From assembly GCF_009914755.1 (NCBI RefSeq), contig NC_060930.1: a DNA stretch of 64,000 nucleotides, one strand, 5' to 3'. Shown here piece by piece: positions 26,170 to 37,974 of this stretch. Made by a program: the position numbers and the translations under genes. The DNA comes from the human T2T-CHM13v2.0 reference genome, Homo sapiens. Within the stretch, counting starts at the first letter, position 1; every line of letters starts with the position of its first letter. Under the pieces are notes generated by a model. The model worked only from the letters and a program-made list of their open reading frames with translations, ran no database searches and was not told where the DNA came from.

Positions 26170-27650
26170 AGTAAATCAAAAACAACATTCCATCCCTGGA
26201 GCGATTGCAAAGATTAGTGCCACCATCAAGGACTTGAGAGACTCAGGGGTGGTGATTCCCACCACATCCCTGTTCGACTCTCCTATTTGTCCTGTTCATA
26301 AGACAGATAGATCTTGGATAATGACAGTACATTATAACAAGCTTAACCAAGTGGTGACTCCAAGTGAAGCTACTATACCAGATGTGGTTTCATTACTTGA
26401 GCAAATTAACACATCTCCTGGTACCTAGCATGCAGCCACTGATTTGGCAAATGCTTTTTTCTCCATTCCTGTCGATAACACCAACCAGAAGTAATCTGCC
26501 TTCAGCTGGCAAGGCCAGCAATATACCTTCACTGTCCTGCCTCAGGGGTATATCATCTCCCCGGCTTTGTGCCAGAATCTTGTTTGCAGAGATCTTGATC
26601 ACTTTTCCCTTCTACAAGATATCACATGGGTCCATTACATTGATTACACTATGCTGATTGGATCTAGTGAGCAAGAAGTAGCAAACACACTGGAGTTATT
26701 TATGAGACATTTGTGTGCCAAGGGATGGGAAATAAATCTGACTAAAATTCAGGGGCCTTCTAGCTCAGTAAAATTTCTAGGGGTCCAGTGATGAGAGGCC
26801 TGTCAAGATATGCCTTCTAAGGCGAAGGATAAGTTGCTGCATTTGGCCCCTACTACCACCAAGAAAGAGGCACAACACCTAGTGGGCCTATTTGGATTTT
26901 GGAGGCAACATATTCTTCATTTGGGTGTGTTACTCCAGCCCATTTATCTAGTGACCCGAAATGTTGCCAGTTTTGAGTGGGGTCCAGAACAGAAGAAGGC
27001 TCTGCAACAGGTCTAGGCTGCTGTGCAAGCTGCTCTGCCACTTGGGCCATATGACCCAGCAGATCCAATGGTGCTTGAGGTGTCAGTGGCAGATAGGGAT
27101 GCTATTTGGAGCCTTTGGCAGGCCCCCATAGAAGAATTACAGCAAAGGTCTCTAGGATTTTGGAGCAGGGCCCTGCCATCTTCTGCAGATAACCATCCTC
27201 CTTTCGACATGCACCTCTTGGCTTGTTATCGGGCTTTGATAGAAACTGAATGTTTGACTATGGGTCATCAAGTCACCATGTGACTTGAGCTGCCTATCAT
27301 GAACTGGGTGCTTTCTGACCTATCTAACCATAAAGTTGGGCTTGTGCAGCAGCATTCCATTCCGTCATCAAATGGAAGTGGTAAATATGTGATCGGGCTC
27401 CAGCAGGTCCTGAGGAAACAAGTGGGTTTCATGAGGAAGTGGTTCAAATGCCCATGGTCCCCACTCCTGCTATCCTGCTTTTTCCCCTCCAGCCTGCACT
27501 GACAGCCTCATGAGGAGTTCCCTGTGATCAGCTGACAGAGGAAGAGAAGACTAGGGCCTGGTTTATGAGTGGTGTCTGCATACGTGGCTCTGCACAATAT
27601 GAAGACACCACCTGAAAGTGGACAGCTGCCGCAGCACTACAGCCCCCTTT
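26170..27650 (+). pseudogene. pol: Degenerate HERV-L reverse transcriptase, tether and start of RNase H
   Basis: SPICPVHKTDRSWIMTVHYNKLNQ; DLANAFFSIP; YTFTVLPQG; VHYIDYTML (YIDD reads YIDY); VKFLGVQ; LGPYDPADPMVLEVSVA. Confidence 0.9.
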
Positions 27651-27760
27651 TAGCCAGTGTCCACTCAGGTGAGTGGAGGCCAGTTTTAAACAAGGCCAGT
27701 TTCATAAACATCATCAGAGTACTTGGAATAAACTGTAATTTTCTTTTAAAAAGGTTTTAT

Positions 27761-28395
27761 TTTTTCAATTTATTTTATTTTATTTATTTACTTTTTGACG
27801 TTTTTTAATAAATTATACTTTAAGTTCTAGGGTACATGTGAACAACGTGCAGTTTTGTTACATAGGTATACGTGTGCCATGTTGGTTTGCTGCACCCATC
27901 AACTTGAGATTTACATTAAGTGTTTCTCCTAATGCTATTCCTCCCCTAGACCCCCAACCCCCAACTGGCCCCAGTGTGTGACGTTCCCTGCCCTGTGTCC
28001 ATGTTCTCATTGTTCAACTCTCACCTATGAGTGAGAACATGCGGTGTTTGGTTTTCTGTCCTTGTGATAGTTTGCTAAGAATGATGGTTTCCAGCTTCAT
28101 TCACATCCCTGTAAAGGACATGAACTCATCTTTTTTATGGCTGCATAGTATTCCATGGTGTATATGTGCCACATTTTCTTAATCCAGTCTATCATTGATG
28201 GACATTTGGGTTGGTTCCAAGTCTTTGCTATTGTGAATAGTGCCGTAATAAACATATGTGTGCATGTGTCTTTATCACAGCATGATTTATAAACTTTTGG
28301 GTATATACCCAGTAATGGGATGGCTGCGTCAAACAGTATTTCTAGTTCTAGATCCTTGAGGAATCGCCACACTGTCTTCTACAATGGTTGAACTG
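27761..28395 (-). mobile_element. L1PA6-like 3' fragment with perfect 12-bp TSD
   Basis: ataggtatacgtgtgccatgttggtttgctgcacccatcaac 3'UTR; minus ORF 28097-28372; TSD AAAAGGTTTTAT at 27749-27760 and 28396-28407. Confidence 0.9.
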
Positions 28396-28914
28396 AAAAG
28401 GTTTTATAAAACATGCCACAAAATGTATCCTGCACCCTTTAATCCTGCCTACTGTTTTGTAAATGGTATAGCCAGCCTCTTAATATCTTAGATATATTGA
28501 GATGCATAATTTTTTAAATAATTTACACCACTCAGCAAACTACATTTGTTCAAAGTTGTGTTTAATTTTTCAGAGAGCATTAGGCCATAAATATGAAAAC
28601 ATTTGAACCTTATCACTGATAATGCCACTCGATGAGATGCATTTTATATGATTATGTTCAGGTATGGAAATCCTACAGTGCTATTTGACATCAGGCAGTC
28701 TGGGACCTGTGGACACTTATGAATATTGCTCCTTTTGTTGTTATGTACTGTTTTGTTGACACATTTGCATTTATCAATTAAAATATAAACTAATGAGATA
28801 TATTCCTTGTAAAACAACTGCTCTTTTGAAAGTTGGTAACATGCAGAATAGATAAAATCCTATTACACTGATTCATTGATTTTTCCCCCCTTATACTTGC
28901 CCTTTTCATTGTAT

Positions 28915-29010
28915 ATGTTTAAACTGCTTTGGCAAAGGTTACAAGTAACTTCAAAATTGCTAAATTTGATGGACCCTTTTCTGCTCTCATCTTACTTGAC
29001 TGCTTTGTAA
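28915..29010 (+). mobile_element. L2 fragment
   Basis: aaactgctttggcaaaggttacaagtaacttc...ttgctaaatttgatggaccc..ctcatcttacttgac matches the L2 RT region. Confidence 0.6.
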
Positions 29011-29481
29011 AGACATGGGGAATCTAAATATCAGTACCCCCAGGGATCTGAGCATAGCTTCCTACTCTTGCCTGAGAGTGACCTTGTTCATCTCCTTGGC
29101 TTCAAGTGTCATACAGTAAATGTGTACTTAGAACCTCAATCCTGAGTACCAATTTCAAGCAATTTATAACTTCCTACAAGAGAGAAGTTGCTCATAGTTC
29201 TGTCATGTCTGCAAAATAAAGTCCAAGGTTTTCTGAGATGGATATATGGTCCTTGTGTGATCCTATTTCCAAAAACCACTCTCTGGAGAGCTCCCATCAA
29301 CAGACACCACTTTAAACCAGGTGCTGTGGACTCACAAAAACATGCAGAGATTCTTATCATGCAAACCTGTTTTGTGTCTTATTAACATATTTCACTTTTC
29401 CTGGAATGTACTCTACTTAATTCAATAGGAACTTGCTCAATTTAAGAATCAGCTCTATCATGAAACCTTTTCTGAACTATA

Positions 29482-29483
<2 letters not shown>

Positions 29484-29523
<40 letters not shown>
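29484..29523. repeat. (CA)n microsatellite, about 20 units
   Basis: Uninterrupted acacac run. Confidence 0.95.
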
Positions 29524-29524
<1 letters not shown>

Positions 29525-29972
29525 ACCTTTATCCAATCATCTGTTGATGGACACTTAGGTTGATTCCATTTCTTTGCTATTGTAAATAATAATATGATAA
29601 ATACACAAGTGCAGGTATCTATTTTATATGATTTCTTTTCCTTTAGGTAGATACTTAGTACTGGGATTGCTGAATTGAATGGTAGTTCAATTTTTAATTT
29701 TTTTAATAAATCTCCATACTGTCTTCCATAGAGGTTGTACAAATTTACATTCATACCAGCCACATATAACTGTTCCTTTTTCCTTGAATCGTTGCCAACA
29801 TTTGTTATGATTTTGAGTTGTTAATAATAGCTATTCTGACTGGTGTAAGGTTATATCATATTGTGGTTTTAATTTGCATTTCTCTGATAATTAGGGACAC
29901 TGAACATTTTTTTTCATGTTTCTTGGCCACTTGTTTGTCTTTTGAAAAATGTTCATGTCCTTTACGCACTTA
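29524..29972 (-). mobile_element. L1PB/L1MA ORF2 C-terminal fragment, antisense
   Basis: Minus ORF 29482-29763: LKIELPFNSAIPVLSIYLKE...FTIAKKWNQPKCPSTDDWIK. Confidence 0.85.
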
Positions 29973-29978
29973 TTAATA

Positions 29979-31565
29979 AGGTTTTAACTTCATATCACTG
30001 AAAGAGGCACTGAAGAGGGTAAGAAAGACAGTCTTGAATTGCCCATGCCATGCCTCCCAAAACCCTAGCAGCAGCAGTAGCTGTGTGGCAGGGAAAGAAA
30101 ATCTGTGTGCTTGCGAGAGGAAGAGGGCAGTGATTATGTGACTCTGCATTGTCACAATAGAAAGCAACATCGAGAACTCAGCTGGCTTCCATAGTGGGAG
30201 GATTTAGACCTACCCAGAGGGGAAATGCCCATTCCAGTTGTCAGAACCTGAGTTTCAGTAAGCCTTGCCATCCTCGGCTTAAGTGCTCTAGGGTCCTCAG
30301 TGAACCTGAAAAGTAGTCTATGCCACCAGCCCTGAAATTTCTGGGCAAGTCTTGATGCTATGTTGGGCTCAGAGCCAGTGGACTTGGGGGGCAAACAACT
30401 CAGTGAGATACTAGCCGGGGCAGCCAAGGTAGTGCTTGCACCACCCATCCCCAGCCCCAGGCAGCACAGCTTCAAAAGAAACTCCTTCTTTCCACTTGAA
30501 GAGAGGAGAGGGAAGAGTAAAGAGGACTTTGTCTTATGACTTGGTTGCCAGCTCACCCACAGTAGGATATAGCACTGGACACAATCCTGAGGTCCTCATT
30601 CCAGGCACCAGCTCTTGGATGTCATTTCTAGACATACCCCAGGCCAGGAGGGAACCTGCTACCTTGAGAGGAAGGACCCAGTCCTGGAAGAATTCTTCAC
30701 CCGCTGACTAAAGAGCCTCTGATCCTAAATAAGCAGCACGGGTAGCCAGGAAGTATTCACCTTGGGCCTTGGGTGAGACTCAGAGATGTGCTGGCTTCAG
30801 ATATGATCCAGAATATTCCAAGCTGTGGTGGCTACAGAGAGGGATTCCCGCTTGAGTAAAGGAGCGGGAAGAGTAAAGGAGACTTTGTCTTGAAGCTTAG
30901 ATACCAGCTCAGCCATACATTAAGCAGTCTCTTGGGGTCCCCAGTTCCAAGCCTTGGCTATTGGATGGCATTTCTGAACGTGCCCTGGGCCAGCAGGGCA
31001 CCTACTGCCCTGAAAGGAGAGTCCTAGGCCTGGCAGCATTTACCACAAGCTGACTGAAGAGGCCGTGGGCCTTGAGTGAACATTAGCGTAGCTTGGCAGT
31101 ATTTGCCGTGGGCCTAGGGCAGTGGTGGCCGTGGGGAGAGATTCCATTTCTTATATGAAAAAAGGAGGGAAATGTGGGCAGAACTTTATCTTGTGTCTTG
31201 GGTGCCAATACAGTTGCAGTAGAATAGAGCACCAGGTAGATTTCTAAGGTTTCCAATTCTAGGCCCTGGCTCCCGGACAGCATCTCTGGACCTGCCTAGG
31301 GCTAGGGAAAGTACTTTGCTAAAGAATGGATGGGTTCACCACCTGCTGATTGTAGAACCCTAGGGTCTTAAGCAAAGATAGGCAGTAGCCAGACAGTGCT
31401 TACCAAGAGCCTTAGATGAAACCCAGTGCTAGGCTGGCTTCAGAGACAACCTAGCACAGTCCCAGTGGTGATGGCCACAAAAGTACTTGGGCCACCCCTC
31501 CCTCAGCTCTAGGCAGCTCACCACAGACAGACTTCATTTGATTGGGGAAAAGTAAGGGAAGGACT
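29979..31565 (+). mobile_element. L1M1/L1M2-type (L1MA1-3) 5'UTR with internal monomer repeats
   Basis: ggttttaacttcatatcactgaaagaggcactgaagagggtaagaaagacagtcttgaat matches the recalled L1M1 5' end. GC-rich, with repeated GGGAAGAGTAAAG..GACTTTGTCTT blocks. Confidence 0.75.
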
Positions 31566-33039
31566 GGTATATTTTGCCTCCTTCTTAAGAAGAATATATT
31601 TTCTATGAAAGGCTTGTTCCTCATTTCAAAGTTTTCCAATCTTCATAAAGCTAGACAGATCTCTCCTTTTCTTATTTTATTTGTGATCCTTGAGACTACT
31701 GATGTAATAGTTATTTATTCAGAAAGAAACTTCCCAACTTCAGTTTAGCTTTAGAACCATGATTTATTTAACTTTATATATAGGTTTCCCTGGCTGATCA
31801 ACAATGAAACATGTACACCTTTTAGTAGCTTGAGTTATTTAGTTCTATCTTTTCCGTGTATCAAATCAGGCTTCCTATGGCTGAATAAGTTATTAAATAA
31901 TGCTGCACCATCTTTCACAATAAGGTAAGTAAATAGAGGGTAATTAGGGAGCTATTGTCTTACTCTCACCAACTCCTAAATAGAAGAATTTAATTTGGCG
32001 TGGTTTAAACTAGGAGGACATGGTGGCAAGTGAGTCTCCTTACTTTAAATACAACTTCAGATTCAAAACCTACAGTATTGAAATACAATCACATACATAA
32101 TTGTCATGTATATATTGAAAGTGTTTTGAAGATAGAGATAGATATTCATAATTCTATGTGTTACCAATGTTGCTTCAATTTACGTATCAAGCCCTATTAG
32201 GAGTATGGGCTTTCAAAAGGAATAAAAAAAACAAACTTTGGCCACTATTAAACTCCCTCTTAAACATAAGAGTGAAAATATATATATTGCCAAGCACTTG
32301 CGAGGCAAATGAAGATTAAAACATAAAACTGGTCAGTTTTATCTCTGAGTTGGTCAAATAAAATAATCCTTACTTTAAAATCTCAATAATATATTAATAG
32401 GTTAATACTGATAGTCTAAAATACATCTAATTTGAATAATGGTTTTTACTACACTAAGTTTTTTTTTCTTACATTTTATAAATTCAAATTGAAACAACTC
32501 TTATCTAATACTTTCTTATTTTCTGTTAGAATCTGCTAGGTTGTAATTTCTACTAATTTGTCTTAATTTTTCTCTCTGGAGCCACACAGAACAAATCTAC
32601 TGTCTTCAATTATTTGAAGGATTTTTACTTGTAAGAAGGCTATATTTGTCTTTCAAGTCTAACATTTATAGTTTCCACATAACACTTCAAGATTCCCTCA
32701 ACATTCTGGTTATGATTTTCTGTAAAGTCTCTCATTCAGTGATTGATCAATTCGTTGATCATCTAATTGGTTCATTTATTCAATCATGCAATTATCAATT
32801 AGTTAACATCTGCCAGGGACCATGGCTTGTGCTGAGAAGCTACTGACAGTAGTCAATCACTAAGGCTAAAACAAGAGTACCTGTCTTACATTTTTCCCAT
32901 CTTTTATAGAATTAGCAACTTTTATTCTTTTATGTCCCTTTACATGATTCTAATGCAGAAACAGTTACTTCCTTGCATCTAAATATTTACAAATCTTTCT
33001 CATCGTATTAGTGTATCACAAGGCAGAGACTATTAGGTG

Positions 33040-33205
33040 ATAATATAATTATAGTTAAGAGCATGAAATAGTGAGCAGGACTAGGTTCAGATCTTTACTC
33101 TTCCCTTTACTCCCTATAGAATTATGGGCCTATGACTCTGGGCTCATTTTCCCACTGTAAAATGGGGATATAATCAGTGGCTACCTTATAAGGTTGTTGT
33201 GAGAG
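33040..33205 (+). mobile_element. MIR
   Basis: gttaagagcatg...ctaggttcagatc...ctgtaaaatggggatataat...ctaccttataaggttgttgtgag. Confidence 0.7.
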
Positions 33206-33436
33206 TTCCTGTGATTGGATATTTCAGTCTACTTTTAATGGCCATGCAGGTGGTGAAAAGATCTTTGTGTTCCTGTAAATAGGTAGACTGACAGTCCAAG
33301 TATTCATCATGTAAGCTTTTTCTCTTTAAGAATGCGTTTTAATAGATATCTTACTGGAAATACAGGAAAGGTAACTTTTAGGAATGAGACACCATTTAAG
33401 TCAAAAATTTAATGATCTCTAAATTTCTTTTAATGA

Positions 33437-33461
33437 TCTCTCTCTCTCTCTCTCTCTCTCT
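33437..33461. repeat. (TC)n microsatellite
   Basis: tctctctc run. Confidence 0.9.
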
Positions 33462-34532
33462 TCCTTGAATATTCTCTTTTTATGGCGAATGTAGAAGTAA
33501 CACTGTCTCTTAAAATAAAAATCTCCTTTCATATCTGTTAGATAAGTCAACTGCTTTAATTTTTTTTTTGTTCAGCTTGATAAATTGAAGTCATATATTT
33601 CTAAATATATTTTTAGTGTAGATGTTTATAAGCAGCACAGAATTAATCTTTCCTTCTTCCAGATGTAAACAATTACAACGACACAATAAAAAATCAACAA
33701 ATTAAAATCATATCCCAGCCAACATATAGATTAATATAAAATTAAAGGCAAATTTGAAGTAGTTACATTCTGCTTATATACTTAACATGATTATAATTAC
33801 TTTGTTTTAGATAATTCCTATGCAGTAACATAACAAAGTTTCAGAAAATAACTTATTCCATATAGACATGATAAATATAATGTGTGTGACTATCACTGAA
33901 TGATAAATAGGACCTTTTATATTCATGAAGTTGGATGTCAGACTCAACTGACAAATGTGTATCATATTCAATGTATTTATTCCAAGGCTTGTTAAAATTA
34001 CTCCATCTTGCTGCAGATGGATAAAATAACAACTACTTTTCTATATTTTATGGATTAAAACAGTGTGAAATGATGGCTTTAAATTTCCTGTGTTTACAAG
34101 TTTATTAAAACCCCACAACAAGTTATATACTTGATTAAAGATTTATAGAAGACACACTGCATTGCATTCTTACAGGTAAATGTCATTCATGAGTGAACTG
34201 TCTAAACATTGTAAGTACTCTGACAACATCCATCACAGGTACAGAGAGGAAAGTTCCAAGGTGAAAAAAAGTGCAGTCATGAAAAATATAACACAGGAAC
34301 AAAAGGAATATGTCATTAGATTCAAAATACATAAATGCAACTATATTTTTGGTAGAGTGGGTTAAATTAAAATAGCAATAAAACGGAACTTAAGAAGAGC
34401 AAAATCTTTTTAATGGCTTAAATATCTTAACAACTTCCAAGTTTAAAAAGAACACAGTTTTAAAATATTCTTAAAATATGTCAAATAAAGAAGTAGTGAC
34501 AAAAGAATGTTCTTTAAGGTGCTTTACTGAAC

Positions 34533-34730
34533 TGTGCTGTCCAATAAGATGGCCACTACTCAAGAGACTATTTAAATTTAAATTAATTGAATTAAAATAG
34601 CATTAAAATTTTTTTTTCACTTTTACTAGCCATATTTGACATGCTCTATAGCCATATGTGGCTAGTGACTACTGTATTAGGTAGTGCAGATAGATGGTTT
34701 TCATGAGCACAGTTTTATTGGAGAATGGTA
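34533..34730 (-). mobile_element. MER3 hAT-Charlie MITE
   Basis: ctgtgctgtccaata...tagccatatgtggctagtgactactgtattagg...ttattgga. Confidence 0.75.
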
Positions 34731-35214
34731 TTCTAGAATTTTAAGAAAATACCATATAATAAAATTGCAATTATCACCTGTAGGCAATGTTCCAGATGTT
34801 TAATATGATATTTAAAAACTGAGGAAAATTAGCTGAGATTATTTGTATATAATTAGTTGAAAGAACACCTGTGCATCTTCTACTGGACACGTATTTGTGC
34901 ATAACTACTAATTCCAGATAATTTTTTAAAAACTAGCTTAATTGCTTATGGTTATCATTTTTAATTCCAAAATGCTCAGAAGGGACACAGCTATGTCTAT
35001 GAAAACTAATTTATAAAGAAATAAAAGCAGGTGAAATCATTCATTTCACAGCCCTTCACATGAGAAGATAAATTTAAAATTAGGGCCATAATTGTGGTAG
35101 AATCATCCCCTTTAATGAGTAAGTAGAGATGTAAGGTAAGGTGAGAAAATTGAGGCAGTAAATTGGGGACCAAGTGATAGTTTGCTGCACCTCACCAATA
35201 ATCATCCAGAGGTC

Positions 35215-35390
35215 CGCTGCATAGTGCAGGATTCAAGAGCATGGGCTCTGTAATCAGATACCTATGCCGCTGAACTAAAGTATACAATCTTAGTTAAGTT
35301 ACTTAAATTCTTGATTCATTAGTTTCTTCATCTGTAAAAGGAGAATAAAAATACTACGTTTTTCATTACAATTGTTATGAAGATAACTAA
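35215..35390 (+). mobile_element. MIR
   Basis: aagagcatgggctctgtaatcagatacct...aagttacttaa...agtttcttcatctgtaaaagg. Confidence 0.7.
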
Positions 35391-35510
35391 TAGGGAAGAT
35401 AACAATTGTTAATGAGCAATGGTATTTATAAAGAAACTTTTATTAACATAATTGTTTTTACTATATTAATATATTGATGATTTATATGTTAATATATAAT
35501 GAATAATATA

Positions 35511-35869
35511 TAGATGCTCCTCAGCTTACAATGAGGTTGTGTCCCAATAAACCCATTGTAAGTTGAAAATATTAAGTAGAAAGTGTTTAAAACACCTAAC
35601 ATGCAGAACATCATAGCTTAGTCTAACCTATATTAAACATACTCAGAACACTTACATTAGACTACAGTTGGTCAAAAATGATCTAAAAAAGCCTATTTTA
35701 TAATAGTGTCAAATATCTCATGCAATGTATTAAATACTGTACTGAAAGTATAAAACACAATGATTGTATAAGTACTGGAAGTACAGTTTCTACAGAATGT
35801 ACATCATTTTCATACCATGGTAAAGTTGAAAAATTATAAGTCAAACCATTGCAAGTTAAGGAAGACCTG
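35511..35869 (+). mobile_element. MER47A TcMar-Tigger MITE, near full length
   Basis: agatgctcctcagcttacaatgaggttgtgtcccaataaacccattgtaagttgaaaat ... aaccattgcaagttaaggaagacctg, flanked by TA. Confidence 0.8.
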
Positions 35870-36224
35870 TACTAGTATGATTACATAATTATTATAATAA
35901 TGCTATAAGAATTAATATTATTAACATTATTATTTTAAGAAAAACCTGGGCTATTTTTAAAATACAGATTTTTAAAACTTGTAATATATCTTGTAATCAG
36001 AATTTATGAGGATGAAGCTTACTAATCGACGTTTTACAAAGTCCCCTAGTAATCTTATATGTTTGCCCACACTTGAGAACCTTTGATAGTAGAAAAACTG
36101 TACTTTTGAGAATTGAGACTGATTTTGAATCTAGACACTGCCACATCTCTTGGAGTCTTAGCTTTCTCATTTGTTAAGTGAAGAAATATTTCCTTAATTA
36201 AATCGTTACAAGGATGCTTTTATT

Positions 36225-36710
36225 AGCAAGGATCTCAACAAATTCCACTGAACTTGCAATAATTTAAAGAGAGCTTATTTACAGAAGGGCTACTTATGAA
36301 GATTAGAGTAGTGCATAGGGGCAGTACAAGTGAATCCCCATGTGAAGCTAGCAGCATCAAGCTGTACCTTCACCAAGTCTGAAGGAACGAGGGAGCCGAG
36401 GTTAGCGGAAGGAGTGGGAGTTGTGTAGAGCAGGCTACTATGAGAGGAACAGTGACACTGATGAAACATAGACATTCTAAGGGAATTTCACAGGGAAGTA
36501 CCAGGGAAATAGATATCCTCCCCTTACTTTCCATTCTCTTCTCATCCTCTGGTTTCCTATTGGGGTCCTAATTGGCTGAACCCAACAGTAGGCCAGAGGT
36601 CATAGAAGCCTGTTGATGCAACACATGTATATCAGTCTCCCATAGCAGAAAACAGGGAGAAGACAAGTAAAGAGTAGATATGGAGAGAAGTAAATGAGAA
36701 ATACATGTTA
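36225..36710 (-). mobile_element. LTR33-like ERVL solo LTR
   Basis: attggctgaacccaacagtaggccagagg...gatgcaacacatg...tcagtctccc...gagtagatatggaga resembles antisense LTR33. Confidence 0.55.
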
Positions 36711-37232
36711 TACATTTAAGGTGTCTAGTACATTGTCTCATTTTCAATGAATGGTTTATACTTTTTTTGTTGGGATGTGTTCTGAATGAGTATGTGAAAG
36801 GTTCTAACAATATAAATAACATCTGTTCATTCAAAATGCATTGAGGATAAGATGAAGTAGACATTCTGGATAGAAATCAGTGAAATCACTCAGTATATTT
36901 TGATGAACTACATCTCTATAAACTTGCTAATCTTAACATTTTGGTAAATATCTTACACTTTAATAGTAATTTTTTCACATTACTAAGTAATCAAAAATAC
37001 TTCCAAATAACCTTGTAAGGAAGGTAAAAGTTCATCTCCATCCTCTATTTAATTATGATAATTCTGAGATTTTCATTGATTTGATGAATACATGGAAGAG
37101 TATATTTAAACCTTATTTTGCTTAAATGATTAATCTGTCAGCTAAGTCATTCTTAAAACAAAATGTACACATGAAGATGTCATGTAGGACACCACTTGTT
37201 TTTTCATCACTGAGTAAATACCTTAAGGTTGT

Positions 37233-37415
37233 AGTCCTCAAAGTATGGTTCCTTGACCAAGCACCCAAATCATTACCTCCTGGGAACTTATTAGAAATGC
37301 ATATTCTTGCCTCTCCCAGCCCCACTGAATCAGAAATTCTAAGGATGGAGACCAATATCTTGTCTCGTTACAAGCCCTCTGGTGACTCAGATGCAGCTGA
37401 AGTTTGAAAATCATT
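37233..37415. mobile_element. MER5A
   Basis: gtcctcaaagtatggttcc...cctgggaacttattagaaatgca...actgaatcagaaattct...acaagccctctggtgactc...agtttgaaaatca. Confidence 0.8.
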
Positions 37416-37837
37416 CCTTTAATGGATTACATTTAATCACCTGCAAGCAGCTACCATGGTTGAAGCCTGTGTATCTGGAACAAAACAAAATATACTGATG
37501 AGGGTTTTTCTATGGTTTTAGGCTGATTTAAAAATAAATCTGCCCCATAAAAACCTATCAACCATTATGTTGCTGTTTCCTGAAAGATGCTTAGTAGAAA
37601 CATAAAACATGGCATTATTATTTTCATTACACCATTGAGTGTAATATGTTTAAAAACTATCAGGTTTCTTATTCTCTTCCCTTCTAATGGATTTTATGAA
37701 AATCCCATAAATTCCAGCATCAAGCCCAGAAATCATATATCATAATACAGATCCAAATAGTTTTAAATCAGATCAACATGGCTTGCTTTGATCTAATTTG
37801 CTCATAAAAATTAGTTGAGGATATAAGGTATGACTCA

Positions 37838-37963
37838 ACAGCGTTTTTCCATAAAGGGCCACATAGTAAAGTATTTTGGTCTTTTCAGACCATGTGGTCT
37901 CTTGAAACTATTCAACTCTGTCATAACACAAAGCAGCCATAGACAATACATATACAAACGGGC
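37838..37963 (+). mobile_element. MER58A, 5' part (split by the L1MA/THE1B insertions)
   Basis: taaagggccacatagtaaagtatttt...actattcaactctg...aaagcagccatagacaatac. Confidence 0.75.
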
Positions 37964-37974
37964 TTTTTTTTTAA

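Larger units (their letters stand above)
23937..27650 (+). mobile_element. HERV-L internal region, truncated in RNase H; no integrase, dUTPase or 3' LTR
   Basis: gag, pro and pol remnants in the expected order. Homology stops after tggacagctgccgcagcactacagcccct. Confidence 0.9.
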
